A DNA stretch of 64,000 bases from Raillietiella orientalis (Eukaryota), in NCBI GenBank assembly GCA_036172245.1, contig JAYWIR010000029.1, positions 1,550,001 to 1,614,000 on the forward strand, in the 5' to 3' direction. How positions within the stretch are numbered: position 1 is the first letter of the stretch; each line of letters begins with the position of its first letter. Below the pieces are notes generated by a model. The model did no database searches. It was not told the origin of the DNA and saw nothing but the letters and a program-made list of their open reading frames with translations. The position numbers were made by a program, and so were the translations under genes. Positions 14,450 through 26,008 of the stretch are shown here, one piece after another.

Positions 14450-15653
14450 CTTATTGATCACGCACACGCCTTCCCTTCTGACGAAACATTCGTTCAACTC
14501 GGCGCTTCCGCCGTTGTCAACCGCGGGAGCTGCGGTCGGCTGCCGGCAACCATCCCTCCCTTCCGAGACGCATGCGCAGGCGCAGCCGATTGGCGCGTCC
14601 GCCGGCTGTGCAGGAGCGAGCGGGGCAGCCGCATTTCCGGCAGACTCTCGCGAGAGCGGGGCGCCGCCCGGCGAAGGTCCCATCCGCGGGAGCGGGCTCG
14701 TCCGTGCCATCGGACCCAGGGCCGGGCTCCCGTCTCGAGGATGCGCGCCGCAGTGCCGAGGTCAGGTGCGCTTTCGGAAGCGCGCGCAGGTTGATCCGCA
14801 CCAATCGGGGCAGAGGAGGGGGAGGGGGAGCTCCGCGCACGCACGCACGACGCGAAGCGCGCTTATCGGGTGAGCAGGCGAACGGGTGGGCGACCGACCC
14901 CCACACCGATGCGGACCTGCGGAGAACTCAGGTCCGGTGGGAAACGCCGCACCCGCTCGTTCGCGGGACGGATCCTCTCTTTCCCACCTCCTCCCCAGAG
15001 AGGAAAGGGGGGAGGGGAAGAGAGAGAGAGAGAAAAAAAAGTCTCCCGCAAGGCGAGTCTCTCGTGCGTGTCCGCCTACGTCATCTCTCGGCGCGAATGC
15101 TCGAAAGCCGACCGCGACGGAGGCTGCTCGGGACGTCGCCAGAAGGCGGCGAGCCCGTTGCCTCCGCCCCCACTGGAGCGAAGCGTCCTTGGCCCCCGTG
15201 ACGACAGTGGGGAAGCAGCGAGTGACGCGCGCGCGCGCGTTCGAGAGAGAGAGAGAGAGAGGGAGAGAAGGAGGAGGAGGAGAGCGTGCTCGTTTCCCCG
15301 ACGACGCCCGTTCACCTGCGCTCGGCCGGGCCTTCGAGGAGAGCTTCCGGAGCTGAGGTGGCGATGGCGGCACGCATGCAGCAGCCAGCACGGCAGGACG
15401 GTACGCACGCACGATCGGTGCATCTGGTGAGACGCGCGCGCGTGCGTATCCCGGCAACCGGCGGGTGGGCGGGCGGCCTGCAGGATAGAACGCGAGTCCC
15501 CCCATTCCCCATCTCTCACGTCACCGGCACGCTCTGCGGCGTTCCAGGAGAGGAAGTCCTACCCGAGACAGAGCCTCGCCCGACGGGAACCGGCCGGAAG
15601 CGACGCGAAAGCCCCCTTCCTCCCCAGAGAGCCAACAGCATCCTAGGGCAAGC
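14450..15653 (+). promoter_or_regulatory. GC/CpG-rich promoter and 5' region of the NR4A/HR38 gene
   Basis: Abrupt rise in GC and CpG. CCAAT boxes at 14589-14593 (ATTGG) and 14801-14805; GAGA runs at ~15019-15032 and ~15243-15260; CRE half-sites (TGACG/CGTCA) at ~15079, 15199, 15223 and 15519. Confidence 0.55.
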
Positions 15654-17784
15654 ATGCTGCAGTGCGGTCCCCAGGTAAGCCGTGGCAAGCTCCTCCTCCT
15701 CCCTCCCTCCCTCTTCCGCAGTTTTACCCCACGAGCGAGGCGTACGACCCCCTGGCTCACGCCGGTCCGTTCCTCCCCGGAACGGGGTTCCTGGAGGACC
15801 CCCCTGGAGCGTCCGCCGACTTCTTCCACGTGGGCGGCGCCTTGCTTCTGCCGGGTGGCGTCCCCTTTGGCGCGCCGGCGGCCTCCCCCTTCTCCATGGC
15901 GGAGGACCCGCCCCTCATGGACCTGACTGATATCTTCTTCCACATCCCGGGAGCGGTCGCGGAGAAGGCGGGAGAGGAGGAAGAAGAGGAGGAGGAAGAA
16001 GAGGAAGAGGAGGAGGAGGAGGAAGAGGAACGGAACGGGCGGACGGCGGCGGAGGAGGCGGGTCCTTCCAGCCTCCAGACCCTGCTCTTGCCCCCCCTCC
16101 CGCCGGACCGGGACTGGCTGCTCAGGGGGGGGGGAGCGGGGTTCCAGAGCGCCTTCCCCCCCGGAGAGGCCGTCGCCAGGACCCTCCTCGAAGCAAGCGC
16201 CCCCACCCTGGAAGGTGCTCCTGGCCCGTTCGAGTGCTCCGCGGAAGTCGGCGGCGTCTTCCACGTCTCCACAGCGGCGGCGACGGCCGGCGGCACCAAG
16301 GAGGGCGGCGGCTGCTGCAGCGTGTGCGGCGACCACGCCTCCTGCCAGCACTATGGCGTGCGGACGTGTGAGGGCTGCAAGGGCTTCTTCAAGGTAGGGG
16401 GGCTGGCGGGGGGGCAGGCAGGCACGCCCGCTCCTTCTTCTCTCTCCCCTCCCCTCTTCCTCCTCCCCCACAGAGGACGGTGCAGAAGGGCGCCAAGTAC
16501 GCCTGCAGCGCCGACCGGCGGTGCGCCGTGGACAAGCGCACGCGCAACAAGTGCCAGTTCTGCCGCTTCCAGAAGTGCCTGCGGGTGGGCATGGTCCGGG
16601 AGGTGGTGCGCGTGGACGGCCTCAGGGGAAGGAGGGGGCGGCTGCCGGCGGTCTCTGCGGGACGCCCGCGCGACGGGGACGGCAGCGCCCCCTCTCAGCA
16701 GCACCTCACCGCCGGCATCCTCCCGGCCCTCCTGCGCGCCTACTCGGACTCCGTCGCCAGCGCCGCCGCCGGTGGAGGCGGTGGTGGGCAGAAGCTCGCC
16801 GCCGCGCCGGCGCGTTTCCGTACAGCTCCCGCCTCCCTCCGCCCCGGCCTCCGTCCTGCCTCCGGCCCCCTTGCTCTCCCCCTCCCCCGCCTGCAGGAGC
16901 GCCGCTTCCCGGATGACCCGATCCAGGACCTCTACCGCCTGCTCGCGTCCTGCCTGGAACGTGCCAGCTGCCAGATCGACGGAATGCCCGGCTTCCTGGA
17001 CCTGCCTCCCGCAGACCGGCACCTGCTCTCCTCCTCCGCGTGCCTGGATCTGTTCGCCCTGAGGACCGCCTACAGGTTCGGGGCTACCCCGTCCCCCTTC
17101 CCCCGCGCCCGCGCCTCCCCCGGCGGCCGGGGGAGGCACCTCCGCCGCCGCCGGAGGGAGAGCGGCTGCTGCTGCTGCTGCGGCTTCCGCGCTTCCCGCT
17201 CCTCGGGATCCTCACCGCGGGATCGTTCCAGAAACCAGGACGACCTCCCAAACGTGCTCTTCTGTGACGGGAGCGTGTGGGACCGCGGCTACTGCCGTGC
17301 CACCATGGGGCGGTGGTTCGAGGAGATCAGCGACCTTGGCGCCTGCCTCCGCGCCTGCGGGATTGACCCTCCGGGATTCGTGTGTCTGTGCTCCCTGGCC
17401 GTGTACACAGGTAGCGGCGCTGCTCCGCTCAGCGGCGTCCCAACCACGAGCGCAGGGGGGGAGCAGCAAGCAGCAGGGACGGGGGCGCCTCTTCTTCCAG
17501 AGCGCCAGGGACTAGTGTCGCGCCGGCAGGTGGAGGCGGCGCAGCAGCAGGTCCTGGACTGCCTGGAGGACCACGTCCGCCGCAGTGCGACCTACGAGGC
17601 GACCCCGGGAAGGACGCCGCCCTACACGGCGAGGGCACTCAGCGTGCTGCCGCGCCTGCGCACGGCCACCGCGGAGGCTCTGAAGCTCCTGCGCTCGCTG
17701 CAGGGCTCGGAGGCTGTCCAGCTGCTGCGCGTTCCTATCCCCGGCATCGTGCACGAGCTCTGCAGCACGGATTTCCCCTTTTGA
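15654..17784 (+). CDS. Hr38: Orphan nuclear receptor NR4A (HR38/Nurr1/Nur77 family), ~556 aa. Exons: 15654-15674, 15722-16393, 16474-16809(?), 16897-17075, 17232-17410, 17501-17784
   Basis: The C4 zinc-finger [87 protein letters not shown] carries the NR4A-diagnostic CQHYGVRT and GRRGRLP motifs. LBD motifs: [26 protein letters not shown], and a C-terminal ...DFPF* (NR4A: DTLPF*). Introns fall at the familiar NR4A positions (FFK|R, AYR|, T|E). The boundary of the hinge intron is uncertain. Confidence 0.93.
15974..16030 (+). repeat. GAG/GAA trinucleotide run encoding 19 consecutive Glu in the NR4A N-terminal domain
   Basis: Read directly in the frame that leads into the DBD. Confidence 0.9.
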
Positions 17785-19449
17785 GGGGGCGAAGGCGACG
17801 AGGAGGAGGAGGAGACTGGAGACTGACGGGCGCACCCACCCGCCCCTCCCGCGAGGAGGGCACCCTTCTCCTGCTCTCCTTCCAGCCTGCTTCCCCGGGC
17901 CACGTCCTGAGAGGGGGCACCAGGGGTGCCAGCTTCTAGTCGATGTGATTCTCCTGTGATAAAAGAAGAAAAAAAAAACTTCCTGACCTTCCTGGCCCTC
18001 TTCGAGTCGGGAGGAAAAGAGGGTGGGGGGAGGCAATCAGAACTGCCCAGGGGGACCAGGAAGGATCCCTTCCCCCTCCGAGGGGGACGGAATAGAGGAA
18101 GGAGGCATGGGGCCCTCCCTCCCCTTCGAGAGAAAACTCCCTTCTCGCGTCAGACTTTCCCCTCCCGTGGGAGGCGAGGTTTCGGATACTGCCTCTCTTT
18201 TTTGGTTCCTTTCAGGAATTCCTCCGGAGCGATCGATTCCAGATTCCAGATTTCCCTCTCCCCTTCCTCCTCTTCCTCCTCCCAACACCGTTTTGCCTCC
18301 CACAGGGAGCTGCCCTGAGATCGCCCAGGACAAGGAAGGAGAGCAAAGGCGCTCCGTCTCGCGCGTCCCTCGGCGCTGCCGCCTGGAGTCTCCGTCCTCC
18401 CCCTACCACAAGCCGCAGGATCTTCCCCATCCTCCTCGTGGGGCGGCGTCATTCCCGCTCTCCATCCGGGGAGACTCAGCTCTCGATCCCGCTCGAATCT
18501 CTCAGTCACCGATTCGCATGCGTCCGGCTGGACCCCGCGTGGGACGTGCGACTCTGTTTTCCTCCCTTCCTTTCCCTTCTTTAGCCCTTGCGCTCGGCGA
18601 CAAGGCGGGGCCTCCTTTGACCCAGGTCTGCTTGCCTGGGGACCGAGGATCTTCCTACCAGCATCTAGGGGGAAAAAAAGGCCATCACAGACTTCTGCGA
18701 GGACTTTCCCCCCCCCTTCCCACTCTCTCCCCCATGAAGCACTTCAGGTTGTCCGGGTTGTAGTTCAAGACGCATGTCACGGAAGAGATTCAGCTGGACA
18801 GATACGAGCCGGGAGGCCGTTTCCGGGAACAGAGGCTCCCCCCTCCTCAGTGGTTGTCCCGCCGCCGCCTCTCTGTGACCTCCCTCCTCTGGCCCCCAGG
18901 GCGCGTGGTTGTCCCGGCGGCGGGTGCGTTGACTGGGATCGACCGCGATCGACATGCCGGAAGAGGAAGGTGCGGGTTCGAGAGTGGCGCGGGTGCTGCG
19001 CGCAGCTGAAGAAAATCCTTCCCGACTCCCGAACTGCTGGAAGCAGGGAGCAGCGAACTGGGAATGCCGATCGGGACCGCGATTTCGGAGCAGCCACCGC
19101 CGGGATGTCAGCGGTGCGGGGGGGAGGGGGGAAGGATGCTGGCGGGAAGATCTTCAGCCCTCACGCAAGCGCAAGTGGGTCAGAGGGATTGGGAAATGCA
19201 ATGTTCCTCAAGTGGCACATCAATGTCATCATCTATGTGCGATTCGTGCCGACAGGAATTCCCGGAAATTTGCTGGGGAGTTCCGGAAGGAACTTCTTCC
19301 GCTACCTACGGCGGGAGTTCCATCCATTTCCTGCCCGCGATCCCAGTCTCTGGAGGATTTTCCCTTTTCCTTTTCTGGTTCACCACATCCTGAAGAACCG
19401 TCCGCCTTCCTACAGGGGATGGGGGCGCACAGAGCTCTTTGACGCTGCC

Positions 19450-19985
19450 CATGCCACCCGGGGGTGCGCGTGATTCTTCAAGTTATGGGAGAGGGGGGAC
19501 TACCCCATGAATCCAGGAAGAGCTCCGGAGGAAGGAGTCCGTTCCTCTTTTACTCTTGGGAAGGCTTCCAAAGGGAACCCTTCACACTGGTTGACTCCGA
19601 AGGGAACCTCTTCCTTGTTCCCCCGGATGGGAACTTTTCTCCCTTTTTTCTCGTCCCAAGGACCTGTGGAGAACCCCGAAGGGACGCTTCCCCATTTCCG
19701 TGAAGGGAGCATCACTCTTCTTCACACTCTGGAGAAGCAACCCTGAGGAGGGGGGAGTATCAACCAGCTCCATGGTACCACGGCAACCTTTTCGCAGCCG
19801 GAGTAGTACTTCCCCGAAGGGGTTCCTGGAAGGACCCCGGAGGCCCACTTCCAATCCCAGCCAATCAACGGGGACATCCAAGGGTTTCCACCAGTTCCGC
19901 CGCACTCGAAGCCCGTGTTCCAGCCAGCGTCATCCTGCGGGGGAAGGACTCGAAACCCACGGCGCACCCCTTTCTCGGCACCACC
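19450..19985 (-). mobile_element. Diverged copy of the GC-rich retroelement head also found at ~52850-53200; may extend left as a degenerate LINE ORF1
   Basis: Collinear shared blocks with the 52.8-53.2 kb copy: ccacccgggggtgcgc vs ccaccccgtgggtgcgc; ctccgaagggaacc; gaaggacc...ggaggcccacttcca; cctgcgggg...gaaacccac...gcaccc.ttctcggca. Confidence 0.65.
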
Positions 19986-20324
19986 CCTTCCTCCTGGTGG
20001 GATCCCCACTTCCAGGGGGAGGGAAGGTGTTTCGTCGGAACGATGTGTTTTGTGTGTTCTCTTCGACCGTATGTTCCGGACGAAGAACTGCAGAGAGCAC
20101 CTCCCGTTACGATCGCTTCACTGCCATCTGCTGCTGCTGCTGCCGCACCTCCGATCGGCAACCCGCTGGTTGTTGCTGTGCGCGTCTTCCCCCTTGGAGT
20201 CACGAGTGCCGGCTCCCTACGACCCCGTCCCAACGCATGCAGACCCAGTGACACGCGTCTCACACGAACCCTGGCAGACTCGTGATTCCTCTCGCTGGTG
20301 GATCGGAGCGGCGATTGCGTCGCG

Positions 20325-20334
20325 CTAAAAATAG
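20325..20334. promoter_or_regulatory. Perfect MEF2 consensus site CTAAAAATAG
   Basis: Exact match inside GC-rich DNA ~2.5 kb downstream of the NR4A stop. Function is unproven. Confidence 0.3.
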
Positions 20335-23300
20335 CCAGGGAGCCAAGTCGCTCCGTGCCGCAGAAATCAGCATCCCGAAGGCTGCCTGCGAGGAGAATCT
20401 GGGAGATGTGGAGCAGAGGTTTCCGTTGGCCAGGTTCTGCATTCTTCGTGACCACCAGCGAAGAGCACTTCCGGATCCATGCGGAGGCTTCCCGGCTTGC
20501 AGCTGAGGCGCAACAGCGCCTCCTCCGATCCCAGATGTCGAAAGTCGTCCGGTCGGATCTTTCGGGTTCTCCTTTTCAGTTCCCTGCGTCTCACCTCCGT
20601 GGAGTTTGCCTCACGATCTTGTTGACCTTTCCTGCCGAGTCCTTGGCGATCGTCGATTGCGGGGATCCATGGGTAGCGTTCCTGGATCCCTACCGCCCCG
20701 TAACGCTAAGCACGCAGGAACCGACTGTCCGGAATTCTTCTGCCAAACCTGCAGCTCACGAACACCACTTCCCATCTTCTCCAGGCTGTTCGAAACTCGC
20801 GAAGACTGGTGCCGTCCTCGGAGCTCCGGGCGTGTCTGGACCACCGGACGCACGCTGCACGGAGCATGGTACTTTGGAAGTGCCGTCCAGTGGGCGCGAC
20901 GGATGCAACTGGTGCCGTGCTCGAGGATCAGCAGCCTCGTCAAAGATGTTCCAAGGTTCCGCCGCTCTTTTCATCCCCGCCGCAGACCGCACGGGACGTC
21001 CGAACCCAAAAGTGGACCAAGGGGGCAGCGCGTGCCTTGGAGATCCATCTGTTTTCCCCTTTCTGAAGTCTCGGACGAGGAGCGGGACGTCCTCCATGAC
21101 CTCAGCAGATCTTCGCGACCAAAGCTGCGAGGGTCAGGCCATCTCAGCAAATTTCCAGCCAGAGTGGCACTCTAGGCTACGCTCGCCAGGAGTGTTTTTT
21201 TTTTTTTTTCTCACCCAGTTGCTCCTCCTCTTTGTTTCAACTCTTCCCCTCCTTCGATTCTCCAGATCAGTAAACACTCTCCTACATCGTGCAGCTGCAA
21301 AGTGGATGGAGAAAGCTGCTTCCGCCATTGCGGTGGACGATGGAAGCCGTCCTTCGCGCTTGATGCTGACTGATACTGGAAGGTTCGATGAATGGACTTC
21401 TCAAGAGATCCTGAAAGCGCAGCGCGAGATGAGCAGCTCATCCTGACCACTCTGCCGAACCGAACGCGGCACGTCTGGCTCGCTTGGAAGCACGAGCTGT
21501 AGCTCCCGAAGAGAAAGTTTCCAGAATCCACATCAGAAGCAATCTCCTCATTCCGACACCTGGAGTCTTCCCTTTCCGGCCAACCGAATACGCCTCTCCC
21601 GAACTCGACCCCGGTAGCCGAGTAACTGCCAAGCGAGCTGACTCGGCGTGCTTCCCCAGGCGCGAAGCGTGGGTCGCGGTCCCCCCTTCAGAGTCAGGGC
21701 GCGTCTTTTTGCACGCACCTTTGCGCCCGAGATCTCATTTTCGGAAAGGTCTAAGCCGAGGATCGATCGCGCACGGAACTTTCCCCGCGTTCCACCGTTA
21801 CGGAGCGATTGACTGGAATCTGCACAGTCATCCCCGGCACTACCTCCTGGAGACTCGGGAAAAGGCGAGAAGCTCCGATGCCCTGTTGAGACTCTACCTG
21901 ACGAGTGCGTCTTTCACCCCTCCTCCGTTTCTTTTTCGCTCGTGATCACGGAGGAACACGAACACTTGCGGACCTTTTGCAGATGACACGAACTCTCGCG
22001 ATTCTGCCTCGCCTTCTGGCCGCGCCACCATACCTTCCTCGTTGCCTGCGAAACCGGCTGGGGGAACCGACGTCCCGAATGGGCTGGAATTTTCCTGGAA
22101 AGAAAACACGCGATACAGTTGGGAGGAACGAGCACCGGCTCGCGTTCCCTCTGCTTGCAAGGGAAGCTTCCCTCTGATCCTAAGTGAGGGGAACCGGTGG
22201 CTCCAAGTTCCGGGCAGGCAGGCGAGGCGTCCGTCCGGCAGCCGCGAGAAAATTTCCTCGATCCTAATTTCGAGTCCGGCACTCAATTGCCATCCGTCCT
22301 CCTTATACCGGTGACGGTGAATCTGCCCCTTTCCTTCCCGGAGATCCCTCTTTCTCCCTGGTTCTTCCACTCCGCTAAGGCGAGTCAAATCCGATGTTTT
22401 TTTTTTGGTTGCTTCCATGTGTATTCTTTCTCAAGGCCTAGCATTTTTTCTTAACGGGATCCGTTTTCTTTTTTTATTTTTTCCAGCAAAAATAATAATA
22501 ATAATTGCGCGATCTTGTAGCGACGCAAAAGGAAAATATCAAGACGGCCTGATCCCCGCTTCCAGACTGGGAAAAATGTTACACAAAACAGCGATGTGTG
22601 AACTACAGACGCACGCTCACTGACTGCGAGGAAAGCAGATCTGAATACGCACATCCACGCCTTTACGATTGGTTCGTGGATCCACAAGGGAAGCTGTCCG
22701 AATGACGACGCAGGTTGGCAAGCACTTTTCTAAGATTTCCGAAAACTTCGAGCCCATGTGTCCAGGGTGTGGGCGCGTATGTTTCTCCAGTTAGCGAAAA
22801 CTTCCACAAATGACGAGCAGAATGTCCGCTTTGCTCCCTCTTCCCTCCTGGCAGCTCAGGAAAACCGAGGGGAGTGAAAAACACCATGAGTGCAGACTAC
22901 GTTTTGCTTGGAAGCAGAGAAATAAGGACAAAAGGCTACGTATCTTTCGGCTCTTCCGTATCCTATGATACTGGTCCCTCCTGCATACCATAGAAATAGC
23001 ATAGAAAGCATGGATTACTCTCCTCTGCTCAGTGTTCTTTAGCTCCAAGAAATGTCCATATGTGGTACTCACGAATTGAATATCAACACTTCTCTTTTTT
23101 GTCTCCAAATTGCATAAATTTACCACTACTTTGTAACCGTCATCATTCAGTAGGGAAAGATCACACTCCTCGGCGGCTCCAACTTCAGCCACGGAGTCCC
23201 CTCTTATTATTCATCCACGCTCCAGTCATAGATTTTGTTGCTTTATGTTTCGCGAATGAGAAGGACCGGCCGATCCAAATCTCATCCTAGATCATGGCGT

Positions 23301-25560
23301 GCTTTCTTTCTTTGACAAAGAACCTTCTGAAAATAAGAATCCATGCTGTCCATGCTGCACAAGAGGCACATGGTCCATGCTGCACAAGAAGCAGGCAGAC
23401 GGGACTCAGAAAGATGGCCACGGACCCAGAAGTTTCCCGGGAAACACTTCCACATGTGGCATTGCAAAAAAAAATGCCCCATTATTGTTTGATTTTTTGT
23501 ACAAAAGGGAAGAAATAGTTGATTGGGAAGTACGAGACATACACAAAACAAAGCAAGAAACGTAAACCAACCAACCGAACAAACAAACAAAAAGACAGAG
23601 GCATGAGAACATTGCTTGAGGCAAGCTAGGGCTTAGAGAAACGCAACTGGATGGGAAGCAAGATGGAAATGTTATCCTTCTGGGATAAGACAGGAAAAAA
23701 TGGGAGGTTTTTCCATCGGCCATTCTCAAGGAGAACTTAAATTTTGCAGAGAAACGTGCTCGCAAACACCATGATCGCCAGTCGAGAAAGATTATATACT
23801 CAAAGCTACAGTTCTTGCAGCATTTTACGTGTCCTTTCTCAAAATACAATTTCCAAACTTCCTTTCTCATTTTTGAGAAGAGACAAATTGAATGTGTGTG
23901 TGTGTTTTTTTTTCCACCTCCGAAAACACTCTCCTCTGAGCCTCTGAGCATTTCCCAGAGTAAATGCATGTGGTGTATCAGCTCAATAATGTGCCAGGAT
24001 TCTTGTTCTCGATTCCTCTTCATCGACACTGCTAATCATAACTCCTTGCCAGTTACAGTTTTCATGTTCGGGTGCTGTAACGGGAGCATTACGAAATGGT
24101 GCTGTCATAAGAAATGAGGATCTGGGATTCAAGGAACAAAATCCGGAGGATGCAAGATGAAAAGCTTAAAGGATCGTTGAATAAGGGTACATCCACCTCC
24201 AGAAAGAAAACAACCTTCCAATAAACTATGAAAGTCGATCAGCATGCTGAGTTGTGATCAGTAGATGAGCCATGGTAGGTGGGGCAGAAAGGAAGACTTC
24301 CTTCCGTAGATTCAAGCAAGTCAAAAACTGATTATCCTTCTTATGATGATTTCTCGATAAGAGGAATGAAAAGGTGTGGTTGTTCCACAAAAGCGTGAAA
24401 AAGGTACGTATCCACCCGCATACAGAAAACCTACATCCCGAGAATTAAATTACTGAGGCTACAAAGGTTCTATTCGGATATTCTTATCGCTTTGGAAACA
24501 CCTCGAAATCGGCATAGGAGGAGAAGAAATAATTCCATAGTTATTTGTAAAACATTTGAAGGAAATACCGGCAAAGAGTGAGGTTGCAAAGAGTGAGAAG
24601 CTAGTCTCTGACTGTTAGAAACCATCTCCTGGATGAAAGAGATGAAAATCCATCCCAAACACGAAACGGAAACAGCGAAAAGGGACTCTGTGTTGCGGGC
24701 AGGATGCAGGCTACGTGTTGACACCACACTGCACTGGATGTCAAGACAGCTACAAACTAGTTGGCAAGACGCAAGCACTAGGAAGAAATACGACTACAGC
24801 TTGTCTTTTAGGCCAGAATCTTGTCAGACAACTGGGTTCTGGAAGAAATTCATATAGAGAATGTGGATTAATTACGATGTGCACCATTTCGATGGCGCAG
24901 ATGTGGATCATAATCTCGTGGAACATTCACCAATTTTCTTCCTAAAAGCAGTTTCCTGAAACTCGCTAAAAGCCCACAGAGCATCGTCCGTGAAAACTAA
25001 AGGGATGGCCGAACCCGAACGTGTCTTTTCGGCGCTTCTTGAAGGGGAACTTCGTTTTTTTCCTTTCTCTCGAATTTCGAATGGAAACGATCCATTTCTC
25101 TTCACCCCCCGTCAGATCGACACGCACGCACACGCAAAAAATCACAATTTCGCCCGTTTTGGCAAGTTGCAGACCCACGGGCCATCAGGGGTGTCTTACA
25201 TTCGGGAGTCGTGTTCCAGGGGTTAAACATGTCGGTCCGTTCGTATCCGCCGTACCTGTTTACTTTGACTTTGAAGTGAGACATGTGATTTCAGATTTCA
25301 TTCTCATTTTCTTTCCCATGCATTCCGGAAACATCAGCAGACTACCCGAATCTGTGTTTGTCTTCTGTGTGTGTGTGTGTGTGTTTCGACGCTATTGGAA
25401 AAAAATTGTTTGCGCTTATCAGAGTGCCTCCTGGTCGATTTGTCTTTCTCAGAGCATTCTCGTTTTGGTTCTGACACTACTTTTACATAATGAAACGATA
25501 ACTTTGACTATCCAATACGTGACTCACACATATCTTTCGTCCGCATTCCCATACCCACCC

Positions 25561-25564
<4 letters not shown>

Positions 25565-25607
<43 letters not shown>
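25565..25607 (+). repeat. Poly(A) tract, 43 nt
   Basis: Read directly; the length may be affected by assembly. Confidence 0.95.
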
Positions 25608-25608
<1 letters not shown>

Positions 25609-25699
25609 ATTTCATTGCAGTCCTGCTCATCAGATGGACGTCAGTTCCTAATGACACAAGGAAGACTCCGAGGATGGAGACAGTCCCTCTCTACCCATG

Positions 25700-26008
25700 T
25701 AGGGAACCGCTCCTGTTTTACTCCTCTGAAGGACTTCCTCGAAAGCAGCACGCTTCCAGCAAACTGAATAGGAACCCAAAGAGGAAGGGGTCGACTCCAT
25801 GACACAAACTGGAGGGGAACCGCGTGGTTCCGTGATTCCCAGACAAATATTCCGGAGGACCTACTCCCGATCCCGCCTAGTTGGGGGGTGCACCTGATCT
25901 CCAGCCCCCACCAAGCGTGATCCCGGTGCCACACCCAAAGTCTCTGAGTCAACCAGCGCTTTGCAGGGGGACTCGAAACCCAAGGCGCATCCATTCCTCG
26001 GAGTCGAT
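25700..26008 (-). mobile_element. Third, more degraded copy of the same retroelement head
   Basis: Shared blocks with 52975-53200: cttcctcgaaagcagcacgcttcc vs ttccccgaaggtagcatgcttcc; tctctgagtcaaccagcg vs tctctgagccaaccagtg; cgaaacccaaggcgcatccattcctcgg. Confidence 0.6.

Noticed and set aside
14198..19500. Dozens of long overlapping ORFs on both strands around NR4A
   Set aside because: Expected from stop-codon scarcity in very GC-rich DNA. Only the frames carrying NR4A motifs are supported.
20298..21446. 382-aa plus-strand ORF
   Set aside because: GC-rich region, GTG start, runs through a poly-T tract that looks intronic, and has no recognisable motif. Small real exons cannot be excluded.
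25565..25607. Poly(A) tract as the tail of the adjacent 25700-26008 element
   Set aside because: That element is on the minus strand, so the tract has the wrong orientation. No target-site duplication found.
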